Positions 1 to 10,567 of a stretch of 64,000 nucleotides of DNA are shown piece after piece. Under the pieces are notes generated by a model, which saw nothing but the letters and a program-made list of their open reading frames with translations, had not been told where the DNA came from and did not search any database. Location of the stretch: the NCBI GenBank assembly GCA_001829495.1, contig MIBJ01000068.1, forward strand, positions 46,560-110,559, in the 5' to 3' direction. This DNA is from Spirochaetes bacterium RBG_16_49_21 (GTDB lineage Bacteria; Spirochaetota; UBA4802; UBA5550). How positions within the stretch are numbered: the stretch's first letter is position 1; each line of letters starts with the position of its first letter. The position numbers and the translations under genes were made by a program.

Positions 1-748
1 CCTCGGCCATCTGGCTGCGCGCGCTGTTGTGCACGCAGAGGAAGAGGACTCCGCGGATATTTTTCTTCGCGCTTTCAAGCGATTCCCGATGGCGCACGTC
101 CCTGCCCCTGGTCATGTAGATGACGAGCTCGGCCAGGTTTTTCACGTGATCGCCCATGCGCTCGATGTTTTTTATCACCGCCTGTATATTCATCGCCTCG
201 AAGGTGTCGGCGGGATCGTTCTCGATGATCTTAAGGGAGGCGCGGAATATCTCCGCGTAATGAGCGTCAAGCAACGCGTCGCGCTCGATTATCTTTTCGG
301 CAAGAACCGCGTCTCCGCCGACAAAAGCCGTCCTCGCGTCGTCGAGCATGGAGCGCAGGATGTCGCCCATCGCGAGTAAATCGTCGGGCAAACGCCGGCC
401 GCCGTGACTCGCACATTCCCCGGCTCTCTTGCAGATGGTAACCGCGTGATCGCCGATCCGCTCGATGTTCGGAACAAGCTTGAGGACCGCCACGAGAAAA
501 CGCAGGTCCGACGCCACGGGCTGCTGCTTGGCGAGCACCGATACGCAGAGGTCGTCGATCTCGAGCTCCAATTCATTGACCTCCTCTTCCAGGCGCATCG
601 TTTTTTTCGCGAGCGGGATATCATTATTGATGAAGGCGCGGATGCCGTCGGACACCATTGCCGCGGCCTTTTCCGTCATGGTGATCATCCGGTCCCGTAT
701 CATGTTGAGCTGGGCCTGATATTCGCGGTCCGTATGCTGGTATGCCAT
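1..748 (-). CDS. phoU: PhoU phosphate-signalling protein fused in frame to a C-terminal ArsC/LMW-PTP domain (3' end outside window)
   Basis: Missing from the ORF track because it has no stop codon. Manual translation from ATG 748 gives MAYQHTDREY...QQPVASDLRFL...IERIGDHAVTI...IERMGDHVKNLAELVIYM (two PhoU repeats), continuing without a stop into NIRGVLFLCVHNSARSQMAE (CX5R P-loop). Last gene of the pst operon. Confidence 0.93.
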   Translation of the reverse strand, partial: MAYQHTDREYQAQLNMIRDRMITMTEKAAAMVSDGIRAFINNDIPLAKKTMRLEEEVNELELEIDDLCVSVLAKQQPVASDLRFLVAVLKLVPNIERIGDHAVTICKRAGECASHGGRRLPDDLLAMGDILRSMLDDARTAFVGGDAVLAEKIIERDALLDAHYAEIFRASLKIIENDPADTFEAMNIQAVIKNIERMGDHVKNLAELVIYMTRGRDVRHRESLESAKKNIRGVLFLCVHNSARSQMAE

Positions 749-782
749 ATACTATCCCCGTTTTTTATTATTTTCGGCCGTA

Positions 783-1619
783 TCATCCGAACCGGCCGGT
801 TATATAATCTTCTGTTCTCGTTTTATGGGGCGACTTGAACAGAGTATCCGTATCGCAATATTCCACGAGCTCTCCCATATAAAAGAACGCGGTGTAATCC
901 GACACCCGTGCGGCCTGCTGCATGTTGTGCGTGACTATGATGATCGTGATGCCCCCGCGCAGGGAGTGAATGAGGTCCTCTATTTTCGCGGTTGCGATGG
1001 GATCGAGGGCCGAACAGGGCTCGTCCATGAGCAGAATCTCGGGCTCTATGGCGAGCGCCCGCGCTATGCAAAGCCGCTGCTGCTGTCCTCCCGAGAGGCT
1101 CGTCCCTGGTTTGTCGAGAACGTCCTTTACCTCGTCCCACAGCGCGGCCTGCCGGAGCGAGCGCTCCAGCACGTCGTCGCCGGCGCTCCCCCGCGTTCCC
1201 TGAAGCGGTATCCCGGCGAGAACGTTATCCTTCACCGACATCATGGGAAAGGGATTGGGCTTCTGAAACACCATGCCGATCCTTCTGCGAAGCATGACGG
1301 GATTGACCTTCGGGTCATATATGTCTTGTCCCGCGAAATACACGGATCCGGATACGCGCGCGCCGGGTACGCCCTCGTGCATGCGGTTGAGGGTTCGTAT
1401 GAACGTAGATTTTCCGCATCCCGACGGGCCGATGATCGCCGTGACCGCGCCCGCGGCAATTAAAATATCAACGCCCTTGAGCGCCATCAGGGAGCCGAAC
1501 CAGGCGCGCAGAGCAACGGTTTTTATAACCGCGGCCCCGTCCCGGATGCCGGTATAATCGCGGCGGTCTTCGTCCCCTCCTTTCTCTTTATGACCTGATA
1601 TCGGTTCGATTGTTTCCAT
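783..1619 (-). CDS. pstB: Phosphate ABC transporter ATP-binding protein PstB
   Basis: Walker [10 protein letters not shown], signature [24 protein letters not shown]-terminal [10 protein letters not shown] typical of PstB. Confidence 0.97.
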   Translation of the reverse strand: METIEPISGHKEKGGDEDRRDYTGIRDGAAVIKTVALRAWFGSLMALKGVDILIAAGAVTAIIGPSGCGKSTFIRTLNRMHEGVPGARVSGSVYFAGQDIYDPKVNPVMLRRRIGMVFQKPNPFPMMSVKDNVLAGIPLQGTRGSAGDDVLERSLRQAALWDEVKDVLDKPGTSLSGGQQQRLCIARALAIEPEILLMDEPCSALDPIATAKIEDLIHSLRGGITIIIVTHNMQQAARVSDYTAFFYMGELVEYCDTDTLFKSPHKTRTEDYITGRFG

Positions 1620-1644
1620 GGAACAACCCCTTCTCCGTCCGGTT

Positions 1645-2526
1645 TTAATCGATTCTCCTCTGCAGCCTGTATCTCAACGCTATGGCAAGGCTGTTCATAA
1701 GAATCATGATAACGAGCAATACTATTATACCCGCCGCGGCATTGACGTGAAAATCGCTCTGAGGGCGCGAAATCCAGTTGAATATCTGCACCGGCAGGGC
1801 GGTGAACGGGCTCATAACGGAATCGGGCAGAAAGGCCACATAGGTAAGCGCCCCTATCGTGATAATGGGCGCTGTCTCGCCGATTGCCCTGGACAGGGAC
1901 AGGATGACGCCCGTGAGAATTCCGGGAAGGCTTAAGGGGAGTACGATTTTCCGAATCGTCGTCCATTTGTCGGCGCCCAGGGCATAGGCTGCTTCGCGAA
2001 GGTCCCCGGGCACCATGCGCATCGATTCCCTGGCGGCCATGATTATCATGGGAAGCACCATGAGGGAGAGCGTTGCCGCTCCGGCAAGGAGGCTTCGCCC
2101 CATGTTCATGAACCGCACGAAGAGCCCCAGGCCGAGAAGGCCGTAAATAATGGAAGGAACGCCCGCCAGGTTGCTGATGTTTATTTCGATGAAGGCCGTG
2201 ACCGCGTTTTTCCCTGCGTATTCCTCCAGGTAGATCGCGGCCCCGATTCCCAAGGGCAGGGCTATCGCGGCGGTAAGGATCATGAGAATCGCGCTTCCCG
2301 CAAGGGGGGAGAGTATCCCGGCCCGGGCGGCGAAGCGCGAGGGAAAGCCTGTCAGAAAATCCCACCCCAATCTGGGTAATCCGTCGACGGCCGTGTCGAT
2401 GAGCAGCACCGCCAGTATCACGAAGGGAACCATGACCGCCAGCGCCATGATCGCCTTAAAGGCTTTTTCGATCTTCTCATCCATCGCCCGGAAGGAGAGG
2501 TCCTGCGCGATTCCTTTTTTTCTCAT
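1645..2526 (-). CDS. pstA: Phosphate ABC transporter permease PstA
   Basis: [26 protein letters not shown] loop, SRAIGETAP; operon position. Confidence 0.95.
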   Translation of the reverse strand: MRKKGIAQDLSFRAMDEKIEKAFKAIMALAVMVPFVILAVLLIDTAVDGLPRLGWDFLTGFPSRFAARAGILSPLAGSAILMILTAAIALPLGIGAAIYLEEYAGKNAVTAFIEINISNLAGVPSIIYGLLGLGLFVRFMNMGRSLLAGAATLSLMVLPMIIMAARESMRMVPGDLREAAYALGADKWTTIRKIVLPLSLPGILTGVILSLSRAIGETAPIITIGALTYVAFLPDSVMSPFTALPVQIFNWISRPQSDFHVNAAAGIIVLLVIMILMNSLAIALRYRLQRRID

Positions 2527-3434
2527 TACAATGCTCCTTTTAGGAGTTTCCTGCGAAGATAGAGCGCAAGAAGATTAAAAGCCAGCGTCATGACGAACAG
2601 CATCGCTCCCACGGCGAAGATCGTGTTGTATTCCAGCGTCCCGTGGGGAGTGTCGCCGAGGCTCACCTGCACGATGTAGGCGGTCATGGTCTCTATGGGG
2701 ACCCGCGGGTCCAGCGTGAGAACCGGCTGCTGGCCGGCGGCGATGGCAACGATCATGGTTTCGCCTATGGCGCGCGATATTCCCAGGATAAAAGAGGCGG
2801 CGATTCCCGAGAATGCGGTGGGGAGTATGACGTGCCGGATGGCTCGGAGCCTGTTGCTCCCGAGGGCGATCGCTCCCTCGCGGAGGGAGGCGGGCACCGA
2901 GTATATGGCGTCCTCGCTCAAGGAGGCGACGATGGGGGTGATCATGATCCCCATCACCAGACCGGGACTCAGGGAGTTAAAGCCGGCCAGCTCCGGGATG
3001 AATCCCTGCAGCAGGGGCGTCACAAAAGTGAGAGCGAAATAGCCGTACACGACGGTGGGAACGCCGGCGAGCACCTCGAGTACGGGCTTTAATATCCTCC
3101 TTAGCCTCTCCGGCGCGAACTCGCTTAGAAAAATCGCGATCAGTATCCCCATGGGTACCGCGACTATCATTGCGAAGAAACTGGTGAGCGCGGTGCCGGC
3201 AATGAGCGGCCATATTCCGAAATGCTTTTGATCAAACAGCGGCGTCCATTGCGTGTCGAAAAAAAACTCGCTTAAGGGAACCTGCCTGAAAAATTCAACG
3301 GTCTCGAAGAAGAGCACCATGATAATTCCCGCAGTGACGGCAACGGACATCGCCGCGCACGCGAAAAGCGCGGCGGATATCCATCGTTCCGTAAGAGAGC
3401 GGCTCTGGAGCAGATCCGGTTTGCGGTTGTCCAT
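2526..3434 (-). CDS. pstC: Phosphate ABC transporter permease PstC
   Basis: [25 protein letters not shown]; operon position. Confidence 0.95.
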   Translation of the reverse strand: MDNRKPDLLQSRSLTERWISAALFACAAMSVAVTAGIIMVLFFETVEFFRQVPLSEFFFDTQWTPLFDQKHFGIWPLIAGTALTSFFAMIVAVPMGILIAIFLSEFAPERLRRILKPVLEVLAGVPTVVYGYFALTFVTPLLQGFIPELAGFNSLSPGLVMGIMITPIVASLSEDAIYSVPASLREGAIALGSNRLRAIRHVILPTAFSGIAASFILGISRAIGETMIVAIAAGQQPVLTLDPRVPIETMTAYIVQVSLGDTPHGTLEYNTIFAVGAMLFVMTLAFNLLALYLRRKLLKGAL

Positions 3435-3447
3435 GATCTATTCCGGT

Positions 3448-4455
3448 TTATTTCTTTTTAAGGAGCTCCTCAACGGTAACGCCCACCTTCGATCCCGAAA
3501 ACACCGTACCCGTTACACGGTCGCTTACGCGCTTTGCCGCCAGTTGATAGGCGCCCTGGGGAAGGGGAATATAACCCACCTGCTTTGCGAGCTGCGGCAC
3601 GTTTTTCAAATAGAACTCGACAAAGGCCCGTACCTCCGGTTTTTTCTCCATGGATTCCTTTCGGACATAAATAAAAAGCGGACGTGAGAGGGGCTGATAA
3701 GTGCCCTTTCTAACGGTTTCCTGCGAAGGCCGTATCGGGCCCCTGCCGTTTCCAGGCTTGCCGTCGTCTACCGCCACCAGCTTCAGCTTGTCCCTGTTCT
3801 CCTCATAATACGCCAGCCCAAAAAATCCCAGCGCGAACTTGTCGCCGGCGATACCCTGGACCAGGACATTGTCGTCCTCACTTGCAGTGAAGTCACCGCG
3901 GCTGGAATGCTCCTTGCCCACGATAGCTTCGGTGAAATAATCATAGGTGCCGCTGTCGGCCCCTGCTCCGTAAAGATGGATGTCTTTATCCGGCCATCCC
4001 GGGCGGACCTGGCTCCATTTCATGATCCTTCCCTGCGCCTCCGGCTCCCAGAGCTTCTTAAGCTCGGCGACGGTCATGTAATCGCACCAGTCGTTCTGCG
4101 GGTTTATCAAAACCGCCAGACCGTCATACGCCACCGGTATTTCGATGTACTCGATTCCCTTTTCAACGCACCTGTCCTGCTCGGTTTTTTTTATCGGGCG
4201 CGACGCGTCGGAAATATCGGTCTCCGCCCCGCAGAATTTTTTGAATCCGCCGCCGGTGCCCGATATGCCCACGGTGACGCGTATACCTTTGTTCGATTTC
4301 TGGAATTCCTCCGCCACCGCTTCGGTGATGGGATACACGGTGCTCGACCCGTCGATCGAAATCGTGGCGGCCGGATTTTTCCCGCACGCTACGGCGAAAA
4401 GCGCTGCAAACGCAATATTGATCGTCATTGAAATTCTAAGCGGTCTTTTTTGCAT
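3448..4455 (-). CDS. pstS: Phosphate-binding lipoprotein PstS
   Basis: Lipobox [44 protein letters not shown]. Confidence 0.95.
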   Translation of the reverse strand: MQKRPLRISMTINIAFAALFAVACGKNPAATISIDGSSTVYPITEAVAEEFQKSNKGIRVTVGISGTGGGFKKFCGAETDISDASRPIKKTEQDRCVEKGIEYIEIPVAYDGLAVLINPQNDWCDYMTVAELKKLWEPEAQGRIMKWSQVRPGWPDKDIHLYGAGADSGTYDYFTEAIVGKEHSSRGDFTASEDDNVLVQGIAGDKFALGFFGLAYYEENRDKLKLVAVDDGKPGNGRGPIRPSQETVRKGTYQPLSRPLFIYVRKESMEKKPEVRAFVEFYLKNVPQLAKQVGYIPLPQGAYQLAAKRVSDRVTGTVFSGSKVGVTVEELLKKK

Positions 4456-4741
4456 AAGGCAACCTCCATAGAAATTTATTTAAGATATCACACTATTTCG
4501 CCCCACAACGAAATGATATGATAATATACCGATAATTCCCGGAGATCAAATCTTTATAAAGGATTTGTTAAGATAATATAAATATCTTGCAATCCACTGC
4601 TAAAAATGATCCAGCCTGTCATTGCGTCTAATATGAAAACCGCATAAAGTTATATCGTCAACAAATAAAAACTCCGCGGCTTGCCGCTCTGCTTTTTATT
4701 ACTTGACCTTGCGCCGCGCAAAGGAATAAATTTTTGTTAAT

Positions 4742-5986
4742 ATGATTGAGAATATGATGAAAATTAAGAAAGGAGGGCCAGGCCGCTGGATCGGTCTTGC
4801 CGAGGCCCGCGCAATCTGCTTCGATAAAACGCCGCTTATTGATAAAGAAGAGGTGCACATTATCGATTGTTCCGGAAGAGTCGCGTTCTGCGATATGACC
4901 GCCATAGTCAATTCTCCATCCGTCACCGCCTCACTCAAAGACGGATACGCCGTACATTCATCTGATGTCGCTGCCGCCTCGCGGCAAAACCCGATAAGGC
5001 TTGTCCTCTCCGGTACTTCGGCGGCGGGCGACTCGGGAACAGGACCGCTGGCCACTGGCTGCTCGGCCCGAATACTTACCGGCGCGCCGCTGCCCCAGGT
5101 GGCCGATGCGGTCGTTTCTCAGGAATTCGTCAATGTACAAGACGGATTCGCACTATTCACCGCCGATGCGGATCCCGGCAGGAACGTGCTGGTGGAGGGC
5201 GCCGACGTGCGAATCGGCGAAATAATTCTTCGCAGGGGAGAAATCCCGACTCCCGGGCGTATAGGCTTGCTGGCGGCGGCAGGCGTATCAACCCTGCCGG
5301 TATACCGCATGCCGCGAATACTTCTTATAGCCACAGGCGATGAGATCGTGGAACCGGGCACGCCGCTGAAAAAAGGGGGGCTCTACGCAAGCAACCTGGT
5401 GACGCTTGCTTCATACAGCGTTTCGCGCGGACTTCATGCGGACATGCGAATAGTGAGCGACTCGCCTGAATATCTGAAACAAGCCATCACCGGTGCGAAT
5501 GGGCCCTACGACGCTCTCTGTATCATAGGCGGGGCCTGGGACGGTGACAGGGACTTTACCATGTCGACGCTCGATGAACTCGGATGGGAGCCGTATTTCA
5601 GAAGGGTGCGCATGGGGCCTGGAAAGGCGGTGTCATTCGGCCGTTTGGGAGGCAAACCGGCATTCAGCCTGCCCGGAGGTCCGCCGTCGAACCATATCGC
5701 ATTTCTTCAACTGGTACTGCCGTCCCTTTTGCACATGGGAGGGCATATGCCGCCATATCTTCCTCTCGTGCGGGCGACTCTTACCGAAGAGGTCTCCGGT
5801 CAGGAAGACTGGACCCAATTTATTCACGCAAAGCTTTCCAGTGAAGAGGGTGAATTGAAAGTAACGCCCCTCCGCTCGAAAAGCCGGCTCCGGGACATGG
5901 CGGATTGCGACTCTCTCATTGAAATTCCGGAAGGAAAGACACGCATTGAGCGGGCAAGCATTATTGATGTTCAAAGGATAGTGTAA
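4742..5986 (+). CDS. moeA: Molybdopterin molybdotransferase MoeA
   Basis: SLKDGYAV, RILTGAPLP, ATGDEI, MGPGK...SLPGGP motifs of the MoeA/gephyrin-E family. Confidence 0.92.
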   Translation: MIENMMKIKKGGPGRWIGLAEARAICFDKTPLIDKEEVHIIDCSGRVAFCDMTAIVNSPSVTASLKDGYAVHSSDVAAASRQNPIRLVLSGTSAAGDSGTGPLATGCSARILTGAPLPQVADAVVSQEFVNVQDGFALFTADADPGRNVLVEGADVRIGEIILRRGEIPTPGRIGLLAAAGVSTLPVYRMPRILLIATGDEIVEPGTPLKKGGLYASNLVTLASYSVSRGLHADMRIVSDSPEYLKQAITGANGPYDALCIIGGAWDGDRDFTMSTLDELGWEPYFRRVRMGPGKAVSFGRLGGKPAFSLPGGPPSNHIAFLQLVLPSLLHMGGHMPPYLPLVRATLTEEVSGQEDWTQFIHAKLSSEEGELKVTPLRSKSRLRDMADCDSLIEIPEGKTRIERASIIDVQRIV

Positions 5987-6014
5987 GGTATGAAGGAACC
6001 GATTAGGGAGACCG

Positions 6015-6497
6015 TCATTTATCTTCAATCGATATGATGATCTCTTGCGCGTCGGTGCACTCTTTCAGGGAGGTAATCATACCTTTGACTGCATTGGAAA
6101 GCATATTTGCGATAAATGGCTTCAGCGGCACCGCTCTGCCGTTCACGCAAAGCCGGATAGATTGACCCGGTCGTGACCCGAGAAAGCGCTCCTCAATGAG
6201 ACCTGCGAGCCCTGCGGCGTCGTTTATAGAAAACTGGGGAACATTGATGTCGTGCCGGGAATCGGTGGCGATAGCGATCAGATTGTCGTTTTCTCCGCAG
6301 AGGAGGTCATCATATACCGCGCCGCGAAAAACCTCGATTTTAGGCTTTGAATTGCGTTTGTAGCCTTCAGTCAGAATGATATCGACGCCGTGGATGAAAC
6401 GCGCGGCGATATCGTCAATATCGAGTTCCTCGTAAAGCCCGTCAATATGAGCGACTTATCCTCCCCGAACCTTTTGCTCATGCCTCCTGCCAATACG
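6015..6497 (-). pseudogene. Chimeric remnant: ~18 codons of the MobA N-terminus joined out of frame to the C-terminal half of MobB
   Basis: The minus strand directly after the 6498 stop reads VLAGGMSKRFGEDKSL (MobA/NTP-transferase N-terminal motif). Another frame, 6434-6015, reads YEELDIDDIAARFIHGVDIILTEGYKRNSKPKIEVFR...VPLKPFIANMLSN...IEDK*, clearly paralogous to the intact MobB at 62751 but with no start codon or P-loop. Confidence 0.8.
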
Positions 6498-7808
6498 TCA
6501 GAAATAATACCGTGCGCGTAGATCCCACCGATGGTCGGCCGGTTTTTCACCGAATTCAGAATTCCTGCCTCCCCACAAAAATGCATATCTGAATCGAAGC
6601 TCGAGATTATTTACTCCTGTATAAAGCAATTCAGGCGTCAGGCTGAAACTCAAATCGTCTATGTTGAACATCACGGTAAGCGCTGGGGTAAAGTAGAGAA
6701 TGTCAAAGGGCTCCTTCTGGCTGACGCGCAAATACAGATAGTTTTTCATGGGAGTGAATCTACCGTAGGCGCCTTCAGTCAGCGCCTCGGCCGCTCTGAA
6801 CGGCAATTCTTTTAGAGTAGCGCGATATGTATAATAAGCCTCATTAATCAGGAAATAATAACTGCGCATCTCGGACACCGACATGCCGGATGCATTATGA
6901 TAATATTCGATGATGACGGTGGTCTCTATCTCCGTCAGATAGCGTATGCCCCCAAGAGCGGCGATTGCGTTGATTTTCCGTTTTCGCGCCATGCCCGTAG
7001 TTCCAAGGGAAAGCTTTGTTATTCCGGGCAGATATGCGAATTCTCCGTGAACCTCCAAATTGGTCGTGATGTTCCTCGACACGTCGATCCCCAACCTGTA
7101 GTTATTCTCCAACCCAGTAAAAAAAAGAAAGTCGATGTCCGTATCGAAAAACAGGAGATAGAGCTTGCCTGCAAAATACCAATGCCCGGCCCCGCCGAAA
7201 TTTTCATTAATACCCTTGTAAACGGGCACGACAACGGGTGTAAAAGAAAGGGTTTTAAGGGGCCCGGTGAAGCTGGCGATGAAGTCCGCGGTCGCGACCG
7301 TGTATCCCTCATACGCGAGCTCCGGATCGTCCGGGTTTTTCGGCCGGTCAACGAAGGCGACCGGATTCCAGGCGTATCCCTTCCCCCATTTCAGTGTCTT
7401 TTTGCCCGCGTCGATAACCACATGCTGGTTCGGCTTGAGAGAAGCGTATCCTTCATAGAGACGCAAATCAAACGGCCACCGGCGGTTTGAATATCCAAAT
7501 GCTTCGTATGCCCTGGCAAACGCCTTGAATATGCCCTTTTCAAACGTTAATTCCGGCTGAAGTCTTAAATACGCGTCCGCGTATGGACTGCCGGGATTGT
7601 TCTGGTAATATTTTAAACGAAAAAGCGCGCTCTTCAAATCGGCTATATACAGCGAGGGGAATAATTCAACATACCCGCCGATCGAAAAGGGTTTTTTTTC
7701 GACCTCAGATTCTTCGAATTTGAATTCATTATCATCTTCAGCGTAAATTCTTAATGCCATGCCCGCCAGCGCCGCGCAGCCTAAAGTAAGAATAATGAGA
7801 AGCCTCAT
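6498..7808 (-). CDS. Exported outer-membrane beta-barrel-like protein accompanying the ABC/LolA-like module
   Basis: Signal peptide, GKKTLKWGKGYAWNPVAFVD motif, amphipathic strands, C-terminal RYYF (BAM-type terminal Phe). Confidence 0.7.
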   Translation of the reverse strand: MRLLIILTLGCAALAGMALRIYAEDDNEFKFEESEVEKKPFSIGGYVELFPSLYIADLKSALFRLKYYQNNPGSPYADAYLRLQPELTFEKGIFKAFARAYEAFGYSNRRWPFDLRLYEGYASLKPNQHVVIDAGKKTLKWGKGYAWNPVAFVDRPKNPDDPELAYEGYTVATADFIASFTGPLKTLSFTPVVVPVYKGINENFGGAGHWYFAGKLYLLFFDTDIDFLFFTGLENNYRLGIDVSRNITTNLEVHGEFAYLPGITKLSLGTTGMARKRKINAIAALGGIRYLTEIETTVIIEYYHNASGMSVSEMRSYYFLINEAYYTYRATLKELPFRAAEALTEGAYGRFTPMKNYLYLRVSQKEPFDILYFTPALTVMFNIDDLSFSLTPELLYTGVNNLELRFRYAFLWGGRNSEFGEKPADHRWDLRARYYF

Positions 7809-7811
7809 GGA

Positions 7812-8543
7812 TCACCTGAGTGAATCCACGCGGGGCATGAATGTCAGGGTGAACACCTCATCTCCGACCGATCGCTTCTTTATTTTCGAAAAAATCATTA
7901 TTGAGCGATAACCCTTGTACAGGGGGCTCACGGTCTCAATGACCGACGGCCGGACGATCCCGCCGGTGAAGTCTTTTATATTTTTGAAATTGAGGGTCTT
8001 GATAAGCATGTTTTTCTCGGTAAGGCAGTCGATCCTGACGGGTATCTTTCTCTGTTTTTCGGCCCGGAGGCGGATCCGGTCATACGCAACGCTCCTGTTC
8101 CTGGCCTTGAGGTGAAGAAGATATTCACCGCCTTTTATTTCAAGCTTTTCAACTTTATATTCAGCGCTGTAATCGAGAGCCAGAATATCCGCGTTATTGA
8201 ATACCCCCCCGATAACCGATTGAAGAGAAGTAATCCGGATCGGTTTTCCCACGTTGGGCACGTACAGCCACATATTGTCTCCAAGCCGGAGCGTGCTCCT
8301 TCCCTTGTCGCTCGCGGGAGCAAGAAAGAGCGCGATCAACTTGTCCACCCCTTTTTTAAGGCTGAAGAGCACATATTCCTTCTTGCGGCCGTCCGGTTCG
8401 ATATTGATGATCTTTCTATATGATTCATACGATTCCGGGTTCAGGTTCCGGTCGATCTCGCGCAAGAGCCGGTCCGGCTCCTCTTCGCCCGCATAACCGG
8501 CCGTAAAAAACAGCAGAATGAAAACCATCAATAATCGTTTCAT
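7812..8543 (-). CDS. Outer-membrane lipoprotein-sorting (LolA-like) periplasmic protein
   Basis: Start moved to MKRLLMVF (RBS GGAGG), signal peptide; FLAPASDKGRSTLRLGDNMWLYVP motif typical of the LolA_like family. Confidence 0.8.
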   Translation of the reverse strand: MKRLLMVFILLFFTAGYAGEEEPDRLLREIDRNLNPESYESYRKIINIEPDGRKKEYVLFSLKKGVDKLIALFLAPASDKGRSTLRLGDNMWLYVPNVGKPIRITSLQSVIGGVFNNADILALDYSAEYKVEKLEIKGGEYLLHLKARNRSVAYDRIRLRAEKQRKIPVRIDCLTEKNMLIKTLNFKNIKDFTGGIVRPSVIETVSPLYKGYRSIMIFSKIKKRSVGDEVFTLTFMPRVDSLR

Positions 8544-8565
8544 GTCATCCTCCGGTATCGATTTT

Positions 8566-9802
8566 CTATACGTGCCTGAGCGCTTCCACCGGCTCCATCC
8601 GCGACGCTTTATATGCGGGATAGAACCCGGCCGCAAGGGACACGGCGAGCACCGTGATCGTTATCGCCACGGTTTCCGGCGCGCTCAATGACGCCCTCAG
8701 TACAAGCCCCTGCTGCATTCCGAAATTAAAGGTGATCCCCGCCGCATTGACGATGATGATGATAATGGCCCCGATAACGACTCCCGCGATCGACCCGGCC
8801 GCGCCGAGAAGGAACCCCTCGGTAATGTACATGTACAGAATCTTTTCGGGAAGCGTCCCGATAGCGGCGATCGTACCGATTTCACGGATGCGCTCATACA
8901 CCGCCATCATCATCACGTTCATGATGCTAATGAGCACGATGGCGACCAGCATTATTCTGACAAACTGGGTCATCACGTCGATCATTTTTGCGATATTCAC
9001 GAAAGGAGAAAGCCCCTCCCATGTATGCACCTCATAAACCGGTTTTCCCCCGCTCGATAAACCGGCTAACTCCTTTTTGATGCTTTTTTCAAACGAGCCG
9101 AGCTTGTCAAAATTTTTTACGCGAACGGCCACCTCGCTCACCTCGGCTTTTTCCATGCGAAGAAGCTCGACCGCATCGTCAAAATTAATATATCCGTCCC
9201 TGCCGCCGGGCCCGACCACGCTGCTTAAGATCCCCGACACGGTGAATTGCATGCCGTTGACCGAGCCGTCCCTGTTGGTCGCGACAATAACCACGGCATC
9301 GCCCGTCTTGACGCGCATGCCCTGCGCCAAAAGCTCGGGCACCAGTATTTCCCCTCTTTTGAGAGAGTCGCTTCCCGCTGTTATCCTTTTTGTCAGCAGC
9401 GGCGTTGTTTTATATTCTTTGTCGGGATACACGCCGTTTAAACGAATATTGGTCGTTTCCGCGAAATTGCTGAACATACCGGCGAACTTGATGCGGTGAG
9501 AATATGCCTCCACCGCCCTGTTCTTTCGTAAAACCGTTTCAACTTGCATAAACTGCTCCATGCTCAGCGTGAGATTGAGCGGCAGATTTTCTATGGAGGC
9601 GACGTATCCCTTTCGGTGGATCTGCGCGTGGCCCGAGCATCGAATCCGTGATCTGCCCGACAATCATGTTTTTAAACGATCCCGAGACGGCAACATAGAC
9701 CACGACAAAAACGACCCCCAGGGTAATGAGGGACGACGTCAAAAGGGTCCGCCGTTTGTACCGTATCAGGTTGCGTACGGCAATTTTAATTATGCTTCGC
9801 AT
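8566..9802 (-). pseudogene. FtsX/LolE-like ABC permease with a single +1 frameshift at ~9633 (possible sequencing error)
   Basis: The 5' part (IAVRNLIRYKRRTLLT...ITDSMLG) and 3' part (HAQIHRKGY...ERIREIGTIAAIG...PAYKASRMEPVEALRHV) are in different frames. Removing one G from CTCGGGCCAC joins them. Confidence 0.8.
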
Positions 9803-10520
9803 GGGCTTTCCCCCTTTTCGTTTTTGCGCGCTTCTTTATCGTTTTCCTTTGTGTTATCAGGCCGTCCTCCAGCGAATATATGATTTCGGCCTCTCCCACG
9901 ATCTTCTGATCATGCGTGGAGAAAATAAACGAGGTCCCGAATTCGTCCCTCATCTTTCTCATGATCGCTATGACGCGGTACGCGGTGTCATGATCGAGGT
10001 TCGCCGTGGGCTCGTCCGCCAGCACGATCTTCGGATTCGTCGCCAGGGCTCGGGCGATGGCAACCCGCTGCTTCTGCCCGCCGGATATCTGGTCCGGATA
10101 CTTCCCCTTCTGGTCTTCCATGCCGACTTCGGCGATGAGCCTTCTCACGCGCTCCCTCCTCCTGGCGGGCGGAATGTTCTGAACCATCATCAGGGGGTAT
10201 TCGATGTTCTCAAAGACTGTCAGAACCGGTATCAGGTTAAAATCCTGAAAAATGAAACCTATCCGCTCGCCGCGAAACGCCGCCCGCTCCCTTCTGGTGA
10301 GCTTCGATATGTCGGTTCCCTCGATTATGACGCTGCCTCCGGTGGGCACGTCGAGGCATCCGAGAATGTTCAGCAAGGTCGTCTTTCCGCTTCCGGACGG
10401 CCCGATGAAGGAAATAAACGACGACGGGTCGATTGTGAAGGTCAGTCCCTTGAGCGCCGGCACGGTTATCTCTCCGGCCGTATAGTTCTTTTGCACGTTA
10501 TCGGCGGTAATAAGTTTCAT
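9786..10520 (-). CDS. ABC transporter ATP-binding protein (LolD/MacB-like)
   Basis: [37 protein letters not shown]. Confidence 0.93.
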   Translation of the reverse strand: MKLITADNVQKNYTAGEITVPALKGLTFTIDPSSFISFIGPSGSGKTTLLNILGCLDVPTGGSVIIEGTDISKLTRRERAAFRGERIGFIFQDFNLIPVLTVFENIEYPLMMVQNIPPARRRERVRRLIAEVGMEDQKGKYPDQISGGQKQRVAIARALATNPKIVLADEPTANLDHDTAYRVIAIMRKMRDEFGTSFIFSTHDQKIVGEAEIIYSLEDGLITQRKTIKKRAKTKRGKAHAKHN

Positions 10521-10567
10521 AATCTCTCCCGTTAGAGCGGCTTACAGCCTGCGCTTTCATACTTTTC

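Noticed and set aside
136-152. parS site for the ParAB pair
   Set aside because: TTTTTCACGTGATCG matches only the core of TGTTTCACGTGAAACA and lies within phoU; no good parS was found in the window.
4456-4741. Pho box upstream of pstS
   Set aside because: Only one CTGTCAT half-site (about 4616), on the opposite strand, with no 11-bp-period partner.
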